DNA of 56,435 nucleotides from Christensenellaceae bacterium (GCA_031262595.1 JAISHI010000028.1:1-56435), one strand, 5' to 3'. Counted from the stretch's first letter, positions 19,563 through 32,092 are shown. Notes: a model not told the origin generated them from the letters alone. A program made the numbers and translations.

Positions 19563-20354
19563 ATGAAACTTACTAAAACAGCAGACAACTTCAATAAAGG
19601 ACAAGCATCGAATTTTGTTCAAGACTATGTTGCGCAAAACTCAGGTGCGATTGACCCCGAACTTCTGAAAATTATGGAAGATTTTGATAGAGTTTGGGAG
19701 GCCATTAAACGGGGCGATTTATCCTTTGGCGATGAGGATGAATACGGCCGGTCATTCTTAGATATGGGTGCGCATGATGGCGGTAATTATCACGGTGATC
19801 CTGGCGATGATTATAGCTACAAAGATCAAAAAGGTTTTGAGATTGAGTTCGATGACGCTATTATTACGTTAAGTTATCAAAACGGTCCGCTACAGTTTAT
19901 AGAAAAAAAGCCCGCTATAGAAGGCCCCTACCCTAAAAAACCCAAGTATCACACCGGTCCATTTTTTGAAATTCAATACCTACCACCGAATGGGGGGTGG
20001 CCTCAGCAAAATTTTTCTTTCCCGTTGTATGCAATAAAGAGTCTTTCTGAATATGAAAAGGCTACTCTACATAGACGGGAAGGTTCTTTTAAGGCTCGAG
20101 GTAATGAAGAAATCATGAAATTCTTACGAATACTGAGCAAGGACTTAGCGAATATCTACAACGAAAAAAATAAGCAAAACTTAGCAAGTTTTAAATCTCA
20201 TATACGAGAAGCTCAAAAACTCGCAGGCAAAATAATGTCAGATAAATTTTTCGCAACTCTATCCCCTAGAAACAAAGAATTAGTCTCAAAAGTATATCAA
20301 TCTTTAAATACAAAACCACAAACTCACGAAGAAGAATCCCTAACAAAAGAATAA
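19563..20354 (+). CDS. Orphan hypothetical protein
   Basis: AAGGAG SD, 263-aa ORF, atypical codon usage. Confidence 0.6.
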   Translation: MKLTKTADNFNKGQASNFVQDYVAQNSGAIDPELLKIMEDFDRVWEAIKRGDLSFGDEDEYGRSFLDMGAHDGGNYHGDPGDDYSYKDQKGFEIEFDDAIITLSYQNGPLQFIEKKPAIEGPYPKKPKYHTGPFFEIQYLPPNGGWPQQNFSFPLYAIKSLSEYEKATLHRREGSFKARGNEEIMKFLRILSKDLANIYNEKNKQNLASFKSHIREAQKLAGKIMSDKFFATLSPRNKELVSKVYQSLNTKPQTHEEESLTKE

Positions 20355-20429
20355 AGTAAACTAACTAGTCTTTCTTTAACGAAGCCTTCAATTTCGCTAA
20401 TGAATCGATAATATTTTACAGCCATTCTA

Positions 20430-21248
20430 TTATGCCTTTGGCAAATATAGTTTATTCTCTGCTTTTATCAAACTTACTAATTGTTGTTTTGCCATTTCAT
20501 TTAATTTCAAAAGCCGCTCACTTTGCTCAATTTTGTCTTTGATTAAAATGGCATTATAACTTTCGAGGTTAGCCAAAACTAATAGCTGATGCATGTTTGC
20601 ATAATCGCGCATATTCCCCAATTTATCGGGATTTTCTTTTCGCCATTCGCCTGCGGTTATTCCAAATAATGCGGTATTTAATAAATCCGCCTCGTCAGCA
20701 TACTTAAACGATATTTGACTTGGGTTTAATGTCGGGACAATTAAGTTATCTTTTATGGCGTCAGTGTGAATAGTGTAATTAAGTTTCGCTAACTCTCGTT
20801 TGGCTGTCCACTCGATTTGTGTCTGCTCTTGTTGTTTTAATCGTTCAAACTCCATTACCATATAGAGTTCAAATTCGACTGAAAGCCACGACGCGAACTT
20901 GAAAGCAATATCTTTGTGTGCGTATGTTCCGCCGCCATTGCCGGATTTCGAGAAAATTCCAACGGCGTTTGTCGTTTCGACCCATTTCTTTGGCGACAAT
21001 AAAAACGAGTTCTCACCCGAACCTAGTTGCAACCCCTCAAATTCGAGGGGTTTGAAATCAGGATTATGCAATCTTTCCCAAACGCCAAGATAGTCGATTG
21101 TGTTGCGCGTTCGCATCCAATTCGAAATAACCTTGTCCGGCTCGTTTGTTCTAAACCGCGCTATGTCCGTAAGACATATATAATCGTAATCGTTTTTGTG
21201 TTTGTAGTTAATCTCGATATTTTGAACGACCATCTTTTTATTTGCCAT
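20430..21248 (-). CDS. KilA-N domain DNA-binding protein
   Basis: DYICLTDIAR, NWMRTRNTIDYLGVWE, GGTYAHKDIAFKFASWLS, YADEADLLN. Confidence 0.85.
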   Translation of the reverse strand: MANKKMVVQNIEINYKHKNDYDYICLTDIARFRTNEPDKVISNWMRTRNTIDYLGVWERLHNPDFKPLEFEGLQLGSGENSFLLSPKKWVETTNAVGIFSKSGNGGGTYAHKDIAFKFASWLSVEFELYMVMEFERLKQQEQTQIEWTAKRELAKLNYTIHTDAIKDNLIVPTLNPSQISFKYADEADLLNTALFGITAGEWRKENPDKLGNMRDYANMHQLLVLANLESYNAILIKDKIEQSERLLKLNEMAKQQLVSLIKAENKLYLPKA

Positions 21249-21372
21249 AAAAAATAATATCAATAAATTAAGGTTTTGTCATCAGTTTTATAGTGTAAGG
21301 TTTATCGAAAAATCAAGCGCACACTTAAGTATAAGTAGCAGCAACTGGAAACCCTTATTAAAACGAACCCGC

Positions 21373-22131
21373 CTAATCTTTTTTAAGCGACGCTTTAAGT
21401 TTCGCAAGCGAATCGATAATGTTTTGCGAGTTTGTCGCGACTATCGCATCTTTTTCAGTTTTCGTGGTCGACTTCGCCTCGATTGTGTCAACGATTTGCG
21501 TTGTTGTTGTCGTTATCGGTTTAACTTTTGTCGTCGTTTCCTTAACCGCAACGACTTTCATCGCCCCCGCATTAAAACTCTCAGGCGCGCTGACCTCAAA
21601 ATCGTTCTCGCGCTTGCCTTCCGTTATCTCGATGTCTTTTTGGCGTTGGCGCTCGATTTTCGCCTCTAACTTTTTAATGTTTTCGAGTTTCTTTTCCGCG
21701 GCTTTGTCCTCTTCATTTTTAGGTTCTTCCTCTATATTCCAGCCCTTCTTCGCACCCTCTCCCAAGCATTTAACTTTACATCGGCAAACAATAAACAAAC
21801 TAAACAGCCATAAAACAAACCCAACAACGATAACCATTAAAACTGGGAACGCCATATCCGCTAAAACTGCGCCGATTATGAGCTTTGTTATCCCTGCGTT
21901 AAATAAAATAACGAAAAACGAGAACGCGAGATACGCAAACGCCGCGCCGACGATGAGCTTCTTCGAATTTTTAAAGAAAACGCAGCATTTCTTCCCTCCC
22001 CTGATATACTTCGCGAGCGCAATAACGCAAACTATAAGCGTCGCTAAAATAAGCAAAACGCCGAGATAAATAACCCAATCAGGGCTGACTTCGCCGAAAA
22101 ACTTTTCGAATCTTCCTCTTATGTTGTCCAT
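21373..22131 (-). CDS. Hypothetical membrane protein (3 TM plus charged tail)
   Basis: Directly follows folD, GGAG SD. Confidence 0.6.
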   Translation of the reverse strand: MDNIRGRFEKFFGEVSPDWVIYLGVLLILATLIVCVIALAKYIRGGKKCCVFFKNSKKLIVGAAFAYLAFSFFVILFNAGITKLIIGAVLADMAFPVLMVIVVGFVLWLFSLFIVCRCKVKCLGEGAKKGWNIEEEPKNEEDKAAEKKLENIKKLEAKIERQRQKDIEITEGKRENDFEVSAPESFNAGAMKVVAVKETTTKVKPITTTTTQIVDTIEAKSTTKTEKDAIVATNSQNIIDSLAKLKASLKKD

Positions 22132-22134
22132 TTT

Positions 22135-22986
22135 TTATTTTTCTCCCTTGATTATTTTATAAGCCGTTAAGATATTATCTAATAAAAACGCGATTGTTAG
22201 TGGACCTACGCCACCGGGAACTGGGGTTATGACGCTGGCTTTTTTCGAAAGCCTCTCGAAATCGCAATCGCCCACAATCTTCCCGTCGCCCAAGCGATTT
22301 ATCCCAACGTCAACGACAACAACGCCTTTTTTAACCATATCTGCGGTTAGAAGGTTCGGGCAACCAGCCGCAACGACGATAACATCCGCGGTTTTTGTCC
22401 ACGTTTTAAGGTTTTTAGTTTTTTTATGGCAAACCGAAACAGTCGCGTCCTTGGCTTGGAGTAAGAGCGCGGTCGGTTTCCCGACGATTAAACTTCTCCC
22501 AATAACGCAAACGTTCGCGCCCGCGAGTTCGACGCCCACGGTTTTTAAAATATGTAAAATCCCTTTGGCGGTACAAGGCGCTAGAACAGGCTTTTCCTCG
22601 CAAAGTCGCCCGAAATTCTCGCAAGTCAGCCCGTCAACGTCTTTTCGTGGGTCGATTTTTGAAATAACTTCGCGCGCGTTTAGGTGCGCAGGCAACGGTA
22701 GTTGAACCAAAATCCCGCAAACAACTTCGTCCGCGGATAACTTTTCGATAAGCGCGTTAATCTCGGCTTGCGTCGTTTCCGACGGCAAAGTGAAGAGCCG
22801 CATCTCAATCCCCGCCTCTTCGCAAGCCTTTTTCTTATTCGCAACATAAATCTTGCTGCTCTCATTATCGCCAACTAGAACGCCCGCAAAAACAACGCGC
22901 CCGCCGCCTTCGTTTATCTTTTGAACTTCCGCGCGAACCTCCTCGCGCAATTTTTTCGCAAGTGCCTTTCCGTCAACGACTATCAT
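22135..22986 (-). CDS. folD: Bifunctional methylene-THF dehydrogenase/cyclohydrolase
   Basis: GILVQLPLP, KDVDG, PCTAKG, GRSLIVGKP, DVGINR, TPVPGGVGPLT; start MIVVDGK. Confidence 0.96.
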   Translation of the reverse strand: MIVVDGKALAKKLREEVRAEVQKINEGGGRVVFAGVLVGDNESSKIYVANKKKACEEAGIEMRLFTLPSETTQAEINALIEKLSADEVVCGILVQLPLPAHLNAREVISKIDPRKDVDGLTCENFGRLCEEKPVLAPCTAKGILHILKTVGVELAGANVCVIGRSLIVGKPTALLLQAKDATVSVCHKKTKNLKTWTKTADVIVVAAGCPNLLTADMVKKGVVVVDVGINRLGDGKIVGDCDFERLSKKASVITPVPGGVGPLTIAFLLDNILTAYKIIKGEK

Positions 22987-23054
22987 ATACGATACTATAA
23001 CAAAAACCTTGCGAGATTGCAAGGTTCTTATAGCGTTTTTGTTGGCGAGTAAAA

Positions 23055-25451
23055 CTATTCCTCTAAAATTAAGCCATTGGACCTGCCGAGGTCGGCGATT
23101 TTTTCCCAAACGGAATGAATGTCGTCGCCGGCGAGTGTCTTTTCGTTCGAGCCGACAATATATTCGAGGGTGTATTTATTGTTTTTATCTTCATCGACGA
23201 AAACGTCTTTAAGGCGCCAAGAAATAATGTATTCATCGTTTAGTTCCTTAAAAATATCCTCAACTTTGCCGTAAATTTCTTTTGTTGTCCAAGTAAAATC
23301 TAAGGTTGTTTTCGGATATTTCGAAACGCGCGTTGCCTTTTCGGTGTGGGTCGGTAAATTCGCGATAAGCCCTAAATTAAGTTCGATTGCGGCGACGCCG
23401 AGTTTATTGTCGATTTTGCCCGCAACTTCGGGGTGGATTATCCCGATCTCGCCAACCGCCACTTCGCCAGCGAAAACTTTCGCGTTGTTTTTCGGGTGGA
23501 AATATAACTTCTCCGCCCCGCCTAGCTCAAACTTAACGGCGAACCCCTGCGTTTCGAAAAATGCGCGAACGGAATTCGCAAGGTCGCTATATATAGAAGA
23601 GTTTTGCGTTTCTTTTTCTTTTGATCCAACAAGCGCCGAGAAGATAACCTCCTCGATAGCATGCCCGTCGGTTTTAAGCTGGCTCCAAACCTTCCCTATC
23701 TCGCAAATTCGGATTTGTTTATGCGCCTTATTTTTAACCGCAACGGCTAAGAGGCTCGGCGTAAGTTCGCTTCGAAGTTCGTCGTCGCCTTTAACGGAAT
23801 TATTTACGATTTTAAGATAACTTTTCGTCTCGACGCCTAGGTTTTTTAAGATTTTGCTGTCATTAACGGTATAGGTTTGAACTTCGCAAAAGCCTTTTGA
23901 AACAAAAAAATCTAAAATCGCGCGCTCGGTTAAAGCAATCTTGCGCTTTATAACAGGCTTTATTTCAAGTTTCGGCGCGGTTGGAACGATATTTTGGTAG
24001 CCATACATTCGAACGATTTCCTCGTAAATATCTTGAATGCCGTTGATGTCCTTCGTTGCTCGCCAAGACGGAACGCCAACGCGAACGAGGTCGCCGCTTA
24101 AGTAAGCCTTAAACCCGAGCGCCCAAAGTTTTTTCGAGAGCATATTATGGTCGATTTTAAAGCCGCAAAAGCGTTCGAGGTCGCGCCGCGAAATCGTAAT
24201 TTCCTTTTCCTCGTAGTTTTGACCCTCTCGAGTCCAAGCCGATGCAACCCTCGCCTCTTTATCATGTTTCCAAATCAAATAAAGCGCGCGCTCGGCGGCG
24301 AGTTTATTAAGTTCTGGGTCAAGGCTTTTCTCGTATCGCGCCGACGCATCGGTTCGTATTCCGAGCTTCGTCGCGGTTTTCCTAACCGATGCCGCGTCAA
24401 ACGTCGCGAACTCTAAAATCGTGTCGGTTGTATCCCCCGAAATTTCGCTGTCCTTTCCGCCCATAACGCCAGCAATCGCAACCGGTTTCCCGTCGCTTTT
24501 GATAAACAAAATCTCGCTCTCGGGAAGAACTTCATGCCCTTTAAGCGTCGAAAACTTCTCGTTGCTGTTAACGTTTCCGATACTTATCGCGCCGATTTTT
24601 CGCGCATCGAACGCGTGCATAGGCTGCCCGAGTTCAAGCATTATATAATTCGTTAGGTCAACCAAAAAACTATGCGCGTTTATTCCGCAATAAAATAATC
24701 GCGTTTGCATTTCTAGCGGCGCTTTCGCCCTTTGAACGTTATCGACGCGAATCGCGCCATAACTTAAACAATTCTTCTCGTCCTCGATTTTTATCGAAAG
24801 TTTTGGCAGTTCCTCGAACTCGGCGAGGTCTTTAAATTTAACAGGTTGCAAAATCTTATCGTCCTTCGGGTTAAACGAACGCAAATGCCTATCGAAAACC
24901 GCCGAGAGTTCGCGCGCCATGCCATAATGCCCCCAAAGGTCTGGGCGGTTCGTTAGCGATTTATTATCGACCTCGATAATGCTGTCGAACGCAAACGGCA
25001 AAACCTCGTTAATAGGTAAACCAATTTTCGCACTCGGTTTTAGCTCGATTATCCCGTCGTTATCGTTTGAAATCCCAATCTCCGCGCCCGAAACACACAT
25101 TCCGTTGCTCTCGTAGCCCGCGATTTTGGCTTTTTCGATAACGAGCCCGTTAACATTCGCGCCGATTGTCGCCAATAAAACCTTAATCCCTTTTCTCGCG
25201 TTGGGCGCACCGCAAACAACATCGAGTATTTTATCCTCACCGACTTTAACCTTTAAAAGGTGTAGTTTTTGGCTGTTTGGGTGAGCCTCGCAAGAAATTA
25301 TCTCTGCGGAAACGATACCCGAAAGGTTCTCGCCTTTTTTTTCGATGCCCTCAGCTTCGGCGATTTGCAAGGTTATATATTTCTCAACTTCCTCCGGCGA
25401 AATCCCGCGCAAATCAACAAACTCCGCTAACCAATTATAAGAATATTTCAT
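23055..25451 (-). CDS. pheT: Phenylalanine--tRNA ligase beta subunit
   Basis: SYNWL, VCGAPNA, TNRPDL, GQPMHAFD, AGVMGG, RTDASARYEK. Confidence 0.96.
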   Translation of the reverse strand: MKYSYNWLAEFVDLRGISPEEVEKYITLQIAEAEGIEKKGENLSGIVSAEIISCEAHPNSQKLHLLKVKVGEDKILDVVCGAPNARKGIKVLLATIGANVNGLVIEKAKIAGYESNGMCVSGAEIGISNDNDGIIELKPSAKIGLPINEVLPFAFDSIIEVDNKSLTNRPDLWGHYGMARELSAVFDRHLRSFNPKDDKILQPVKFKDLAEFEELPKLSIKIEDEKNCLSYGAIRVDNVQRAKAPLEMQTRLFYCGINAHSFLVDLTNYIMLELGQPMHAFDARKIGAISIGNVNSNEKFSTLKGHEVLPESEILFIKSDGKPVAIAGVMGGKDSEISGDTTDTILEFATFDAASVRKTATKLGIRTDASARYEKSLDPELNKLAAERALYLIWKHDKEARVASAWTREGQNYEEKEITISRRDLERFCGFKIDHNMLSKKLWALGFKAYLSGDLVRVGVPSWRATKDINGIQDIYEEIVRMYGYQNIVPTAPKLEIKPVIKRKIALTERAILDFFVSKGFCEVQTYTVNDSKILKNLGVETKSYLKIVNNSVKGDDELRSELTPSLLAVAVKNKAHKQIRICEIGKVWSQLKTDGHAIEEVIFSALVGSKEKETQNSSIYSDLANSVRAFFETQGFAVKFELGGAEKLYFHPKNNAKVFAGEVAVGEIGIIHPEVAGKIDNKLGVAAIELNLGLIANLPTHTEKATRVSKYPKTTLDFTWTTKEIYGKVEDIFKELNDEYIISWRLKDVFVDEDKNNKYTLEYIVGSNEKTLAGDDIHSVWEKIADLGRSNGLILEE

Positions 25452-25452
25452 G

Positions 25453-26487
25453 TTATTTAACTCCTTTTATGAAATCAATCGAACCCGAATTTAAAAGCCG
25501 AATATCGCTGATATCGTATTTCATCATCGTAAGTCGCGTTAACCCGAACCCGAACGCAAAACCTTGGTATTTGGTTGGGTCTACTCCGCCCATTTCCAAA
25601 ACTTTCGGGTGAATCATTCCGCAGCCGCAAAACTCGATCCAACCCGAATGTTTACAAGTTTGGCAACCTTCCCCGCCGCAAAAAACGCAACTCATATCAA
25701 GTTCGAACGACGGCTCGGTAAACGGAAAGTATCCGGGGCGCAACCTAACGTCAATTTCCTTCCCTAAAACGCTAGTGAGGGCGGTTTTCATAAAATAAAC
25801 GAGGTTAGAGATAGAAATATCCTCGCCGACCATCATTCCCTCGCATTGAAAGAACGTGTTGTCGTGGCTGGCGTCGGTTGCTTCATTGCGAAAACAACGC
25901 CCAGGAACGATTGCCCTAAATTCTGGGCCGTAAGTTTTAAGGCAATGGTTTTGCCAAGCGCTTGTTTGCGTCCTTAAAACGTCGCCGTTATTAAGCCAAA
26001 AAGTATCTTGCATATCGCGGGCTGGGTGGTTTTTCGGAACATTAACGGCTTCGAAGTTCTCGAATTCCGTCGCAACCTCGGGCCCGTCCTCAACGATAAA
26101 CCCCATGTTTGAAAACGCGTCCTCGACCTCGCGCCTAACTTTGGTTATTGGGTGCAAACTCCCGCGCATAAGTTCCCCCGAAATCGCAGGAATCGTTATA
26201 TCGACTAACTCGTCTTTTAAAAGTTGTTCCTTAACTTGCGCGTCGTGAATTTCCTTAACTTTCGCGTAATAACCCTGCGTCGCGCTTTGTCGAACAGTAT
26301 TTAAAATCTGCCCAACCTCGGCGCGGCGGTTCGCTTCGATTTGACCTAATTCGGCGGTTGCCTTCGTTATAACGCCGCTTTTCCCTAAATATTTCGCGAA
26401 AAATTCCGTTAGATCAGCCTCGGTTCGGCTATTTTTAAGTTCGCTCTCGATTTCGCCCGAAAGCCCTTGTATTTGCATAATATCCAT
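25453..26487 (-). CDS. pheS: Phenylalanine--tRNA ligase alpha subunit
   Basis: HPARDMQDTF, LRTQTS, PGYFPFTEPS, GFAFGFG. Confidence 0.97.
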   Translation of the reverse strand: MDIMQIQGLSGEIESELKNSRTEADLTEFFAKYLGKSGVITKATAELGQIEANRRAEVGQILNTVRQSATQGYYAKVKEIHDAQVKEQLLKDELVDITIPAISGELMRGSLHPITKVRREVEDAFSNMGFIVEDGPEVATEFENFEAVNVPKNHPARDMQDTFWLNNGDVLRTQTSAWQNHCLKTYGPEFRAIVPGRCFRNEATDASHDNTFFQCEGMMVGEDISISNLVYFMKTALTSVLGKEIDVRLRPGYFPFTEPSFELDMSCVFCGGEGCQTCKHSGWIEFCGCGMIHPKVLEMGGVDPTKYQGFAFGFGLTRLTMMKYDISDIRLLNSGSIDFIKGVK

Positions 26488-26580
26488 AACTTGATAATAC
26501 TATGCCCCCCGCCCCTTCCGCAAGCCCTTTTCGTTCGTCAAAATAACTAAAAAACTCTCGGGTGGTAGGGCGAATAATAG

Positions 26581-26622
26581 AATGAAGAGTGAAAAATGAA
26601 GAATGAAGAATTAAAGTTGAAT
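26581..26622 (+). repeat. Heptamer tandem repeat (TGAAGAA/TGAAAAA/TGAAGAG)
   Basis: TGAAGAG TGAAAAA TGAAGAA TGAAGAA between the divergent pheS and ftsZ. Confidence 0.7.
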
Positions 26623-26682
26623 TATAAATCGAACCCTTAAAAACCCTTTGACAAAACTCGGCGTTTTAACTTATTTTGTATT

Positions 26683-27819
26683 ATGGACACACAATATGCC
26701 TCTGCCCCGATAGTTAAGATTAAAGTTTTAGGTATCGGCGGCGCAGGAAATAACTCGATAAATAGAATGATTGAAGAAGTCGAGAAGGGGCTCGACCTTC
26801 CGGGTGTTGATTTTGTTGCGATGAATACGGATAAGGCGGTTTTAAACATAAATAAAGCGCCAATTAAACTTTGCATCGGCGAAAAGTTAACGCGCGGTTT
26901 CGGCGCGGGCAGCAACCCTGACGTTGGACAACGCGCAGCGGAAGAAAGCGCGGAAGAAATTCGAAACCTTCTCGAAGGCTCGGATATAGTTTTCCTAACT
27001 GCCGGCATGGGCGGCGGAACAGGAACCGGCGCTGCCCCGGTTATCGCAAGTATCGCAAGAGAACTCGGGATTTTAACGGTTGCGGTTGTGACTAAACCCT
27101 TCGATTTCGAGGGCGGGCATAGAATTTTAAACGCCGACATCGGCATAAATAATTTATCCAAATTCGTTGACTCGACGCTTGTTGTTCCAAACCAAAAACT
27201 CATCGAAAAACTCCCAAAAACCGGTATGCGCGAGGCCTTCCGCATAGCCGACGAGGTTTTGCGTCAAGGCGTGCTTGGCGTCGCCGAACTTATCGTAACG
27301 CCAATGATGATTAACCCCGATTTCGCGGACATTTCTATGGTTCTTCGCGGCGCAGGCCTAACGCACATGGGAATAGGGCGCGCAAAAGGCGAAGACAGGC
27401 TTCTTCAAGCCATCCGCCAAGCCGTTGCGAGCCCACTACTCGAAACAAGCATAAACGGCGCAACGCGAATTATTATGTGTATTAAAGGCGGCGAGGATCT
27501 TGACCTGCATGAAGTTTCGAACTGCGGAACGCTGGTGCGCGACGTCGTCGATCCGGGTTGCAATATAATTTTCGGCGCGGATATCGTTCCGGACATGGAG
27601 GACGAAGTTCAAATCATGATTATCGCGGCTGGCTTCCCAAAACAAGGCGGGCTGCAACAAGAACAGACCGCAATAATGAGCAATGGGCTCGACCCGTTTA
27701 CCGGCAAAGCCGACGAACAAGCCCTCGAACACACCGAAAAAGAGGAAACTGACCCGAACGAAAACTTACCGCCGTATCTTAAAAAGATGCTCCAACAAAA
27801 CGCTAAAAATAAAATTTAA
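26683..27819 (+). CDS. ftsZ: Cell division protein FtsZ
   Basis: GIGGAGNN, GAGSNP, AGMGGGTGTGAAP, DFAD, C-terminal LPPYL peptide. Confidence 0.98.
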   Translation: MDTQYASAPIVKIKVLGIGGAGNNSINRMIEEVEKGLDLPGVDFVAMNTDKAVLNINKAPIKLCIGEKLTRGFGAGSNPDVGQRAAEESAEEIRNLLEGSDIVFLTAGMGGGTGTGAAPVIASIARELGILTVAVVTKPFDFEGGHRILNADIGINNLSKFVDSTLVVPNQKLIEKLPKTGMREAFRIADEVLRQGVLGVAELIVTPMMINPDFADISMVLRGAGLTHMGIGRAKGEDRLLQAIRQAVASPLLETSINGATRIIMCIKGGEDLDLHEVSNCGTLVRDVVDPGCNIIFGADIVPDMEDEVQIMIIAAGFPKQGGLQQEQTAIMSNGLDPFTGKADEQALEHTEKEETDPNENLPPYLKKMLQQNAKNKI

Positions 27820-27847
27820 ATTAAAAACAAAAAGGAGAAAAATTAAA

Positions 27848-28276
27848 ATGGAAGAAAGTTATGTAATGTTAAAACCGGGAAGGACTGCTAGCGAGCCGCT
27901 CGCAAGCGAAATTATGGAGCGCTTAACGCGCGAAACCGGCGCGAAAATCATCGCGAAAGGCGAATTTTACTTAACGCCTGAACTCGTTGACGAGCATTAC
28001 GCTCATATCGTTGGGCGCTCGTTCTATCCGGAAATGCGCGAGTATATGTTGTCGGGCCCCGTTGTTGGGTTTGTCCTCGAAGGCGCGGACGGGCTCGTTT
28101 CGCGTATCCGCGAGAGCATCGGCGCAACGAACTGCTCGACCGTCGGCAGCATCCGTTATGATTATATCGAAAACCGCGAGTTCATAACAGCGAACGTTAT
28201 TCATGCCTCCGGCTCGGTCGACGAAGCCCACGACGAAATAAAACGCTTCGATAAATTCCTAGAAGAGGTTGAATAA
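27848..28276 (+). CDS. ndk: Nucleoside-diphosphate kinase
   Basis: MLKP, EHYAH, SGPVV, IGATN, GSIR, NVIHAS; SD-supported start at 27848. Confidence 0.9.
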   Translation: MEESYVMLKPGRTASEPLASEIMERLTRETGAKIIAKGEFYLTPELVDEHYAHIVGRSFYPEMREYMLSGPVVGFVLEGADGLVSRIRESIGATNCSTVGSIRYDYIENREFITANVIHASGSVDEAHDEIKRFDKFLEEVE

Positions 28277-28319
28277 ACACACAAAACAAAACGGCGCGCA
28301 GCCGTTTTTTATGCGCGAT

Positions 28320-28529
28320 TCATAACAAATCCTCGGCGGACAACCTAAGTTTTTCTTTTAGTTGCTTTAACGTTCGATAATTCGGTTCACTCACACCATT
28401 TAGTAGGTTTGAAACTTGACTTTGACGTATACCAACAATTTCCGCTAATTGCGACTGGGTTAGTTTTAGCTCGGCTATTATATAACGCAACCGCTCCGCA
28501 AAAGTTTCGCCGTTTAATGATTTATTCAT
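28320..28529 (-). CDS. Small XRE-family HTH regulator
   Basis: LTQSQLAEIVGIRQSQVSNLLNG..EP. Confidence 0.85.
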   Translation of the reverse strand: MNKSLNGETFAERLRYIIAELKLTQSQLAEIVGIRQSQVSNLLNGVSEPNYRTLKQLKEKLRLSAEDLL

Positions 28530-28541
28530 GTAGCATTATAC

Positions 28542-28589
28542 CATGCGTTTTTCGCATGAGTAAAGCGAAAATATGCGTTTTGCGCATAT
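28542..28589. promoter_or_regulatory. Two palindromic operators (ATGCG-N5-CGCAT) between divergent XRE genes
   Basis: CATGCGTTTTTCGCATG (28542-28558) and ATATGCGTTTTGCGCATAT (28571-28589), each abutting a TATAAT. Confidence 0.75.
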
Positions 28590-28598
28590 AATATAAAT

Positions 28599-28808
28599 AT
28601 GAATACTAATATATTTGGAACGCGATTGCAGGAACTACTAACCGAACATAACTGGACTCATCTAGGTTTCGCGACTAAACTTAAAACAACTCAATCAACG
28701 GTTAGCCGTTGGTGCAGCGGAAAACAGGAGCCTGACTTCGACACCTTGGTTTTAATTGCCAGCGAATTAAACGTAAGCCTTGATTGGCTACTCGGCAAAA
28801 TCGATTAG
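28599..28808 (+). CDS. Small XRE-family HTH regulator
   Basis: FGTRLQEL..TTQSTVSRWCSGKQEPDFDTL..VSLDWLLG. Confidence 0.88.
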   Translation: MNTNIFGTRLQELLTEHNWTHLGFATKLKTTQSTVSRWCSGKQEPDFDTLVLIASELNVSLDWLLGKID

Positions 28809-28811
28809 AAC

Positions 28812-29393
28812 TTAACTTCTTTTAGTAAATACTTTATCTATCAAACCATACTTTAGCGCCTCGTCCGCGCTCATGTAAAAGTCGCGCTCGCAATCCGCAG
28901 CAACCTTATCGAGAGGTTGCGTCGAATTATCCGCTAAGATTTTCGTTAGGCGTTTTTTGAGCTTGCCGATATGCTCCGCTTGGATTTGGATGTCCGTTGC
29001 TTGCCCTTGCGTTCCGCCGAGGGGTTGATGAATCATAACTTCGCTGTTCGCGAGCGCAAAACGTTTCCCCTTAGCCCCCGCCGCGAGCAAAAACGCCCCC
29101 ATCGACGCCGCGCGCCCAACGCAAATCGTCGAAACGTCGCATTTTATATACTGCATCGTATCATAAATCGCGAAACCGTCGCTAACGCTACCGCCAGGGC
29201 TGTTTATATAGAGGTGGATATCCTTACCTGGGTCTTTGGCTTCGAGGAAAATGAGTTGCGCGATAATAAGGTTCGCGCTTTGCGAATTAACCTCGCCGTT
29301 TAAAAATACGACCCTATCCTCTAAGAGCCGCGAATAAATATCATAACTTCTCTCGCCGTTCCCTGTTTGGTCAACAACCATTGGCACTAACAT
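28812..29393 (-). CDS. clpP: ATP-dependent Clp protease proteolytic subunit
   Basis: [28 protein letters not shown]. Confidence 0.98.
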   Translation of the reverse strand: MLVPMVVDQTGNGERSYDIYSRLLEDRVVFLNGEVNSQSANLIIAQLIFLEAKDPGKDIHLYINSPGGSVSDGFAIYDTMQYIKCDVSTICVGRAASMGAFLLAAGAKGKRFALANSEVMIHQPLGGTQGQATDIQIQAEHIGKLKKRLTKILADNSTQPLDKVAADCERDFYMSADEALKYGLIDKVFTKRS

Positions 29394-29471
29394 AATTTTC
29401 TTCTCCTTTAATTTAATATTAGATTATAACCAAAAAAATAACGCTTGGCAAGGCGTTATCTTTTAAATTTT

Positions 29472-31734
<2,263 letters not shown>

Positions 31735-31750
31735 TATTCTTGGCTACTTT

Positions 31751-31825
31751 GGTCTCGTGGTCAATCGGTTAAGACATCGCCCTTTCACGGCGGAGTGCCG
31801 GGTTCGACTCCCGGCGAGATCACCA
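31751..31825 (+). tRNA. tRNA-Glu(TTC)
   Basis: Cloverleaf, anticodon TTC at 31784-31786, GTTCGA T-loop, encoded CCA, terminator at 31825-31847. Confidence 0.97.
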
Positions 31826-31849
31826 AAAATCCCGCAAGGGATTTTTTAA

Positions 31850-31893
31850 TTTTTCATTTTTCATTCTTCACTCTTCATTTTTCATTCTTCATT
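31850..31893 (-). repeat. Heptamer tandem repeat (about 6 units of TGAAGAA/TGAAAAA/TGAAGAG)
   Basis: TTTTCATTTTTCATTCTTCACTCTTCATTTTTCATTCTTCATT after the tRNA-Glu terminator. Confidence 0.75.
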
Positions 31894-31894
31894 A

Positions 31895-32092
31895 CTATAT
31901 TAACTCCTCCGAGAGTAAGTTGAACTTTTCTTTTATAATTTGTAAGGAGCAATACCCCGGAAAGGATTTCCCAGCCAACCAGTTTGATATTTGGCTTTGC
32001 CGAACGCCGATTATATTTGATAGTTCCGCTTGGGTTAACCGCAAATCAGTCATTAGTTCGCGCAAACGTTTCGAAAAATAGAGTTTATCCAT
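31895..32092 (-). CDS. Small XRE-family HTH regulator (paralogue of 28320-28529)
   Basis: LTQAELSNIIGVRQSQISNWLAG. Confidence 0.85.
   Translation of the reverse strand: MDKLYFSKRLRELMTDLRLTQAELSNIIGVRQSQISNWLAGKSFPGYCSLQIIKEKFNLLSEELI

Noticed and set aside
21419-22069. 216-aa antisense ORF (and similar ones at 26637-27245, 34060-34572, 39068-39598)
   Set aside because: Antisense shadows of real genes with no start signals or motifs.
26502-26520. C-rich run upstream of pheS as a third slip tract
   Set aside because: Interrupted run (C6-G-C4) before an essential gene; unlikely contingency locus.
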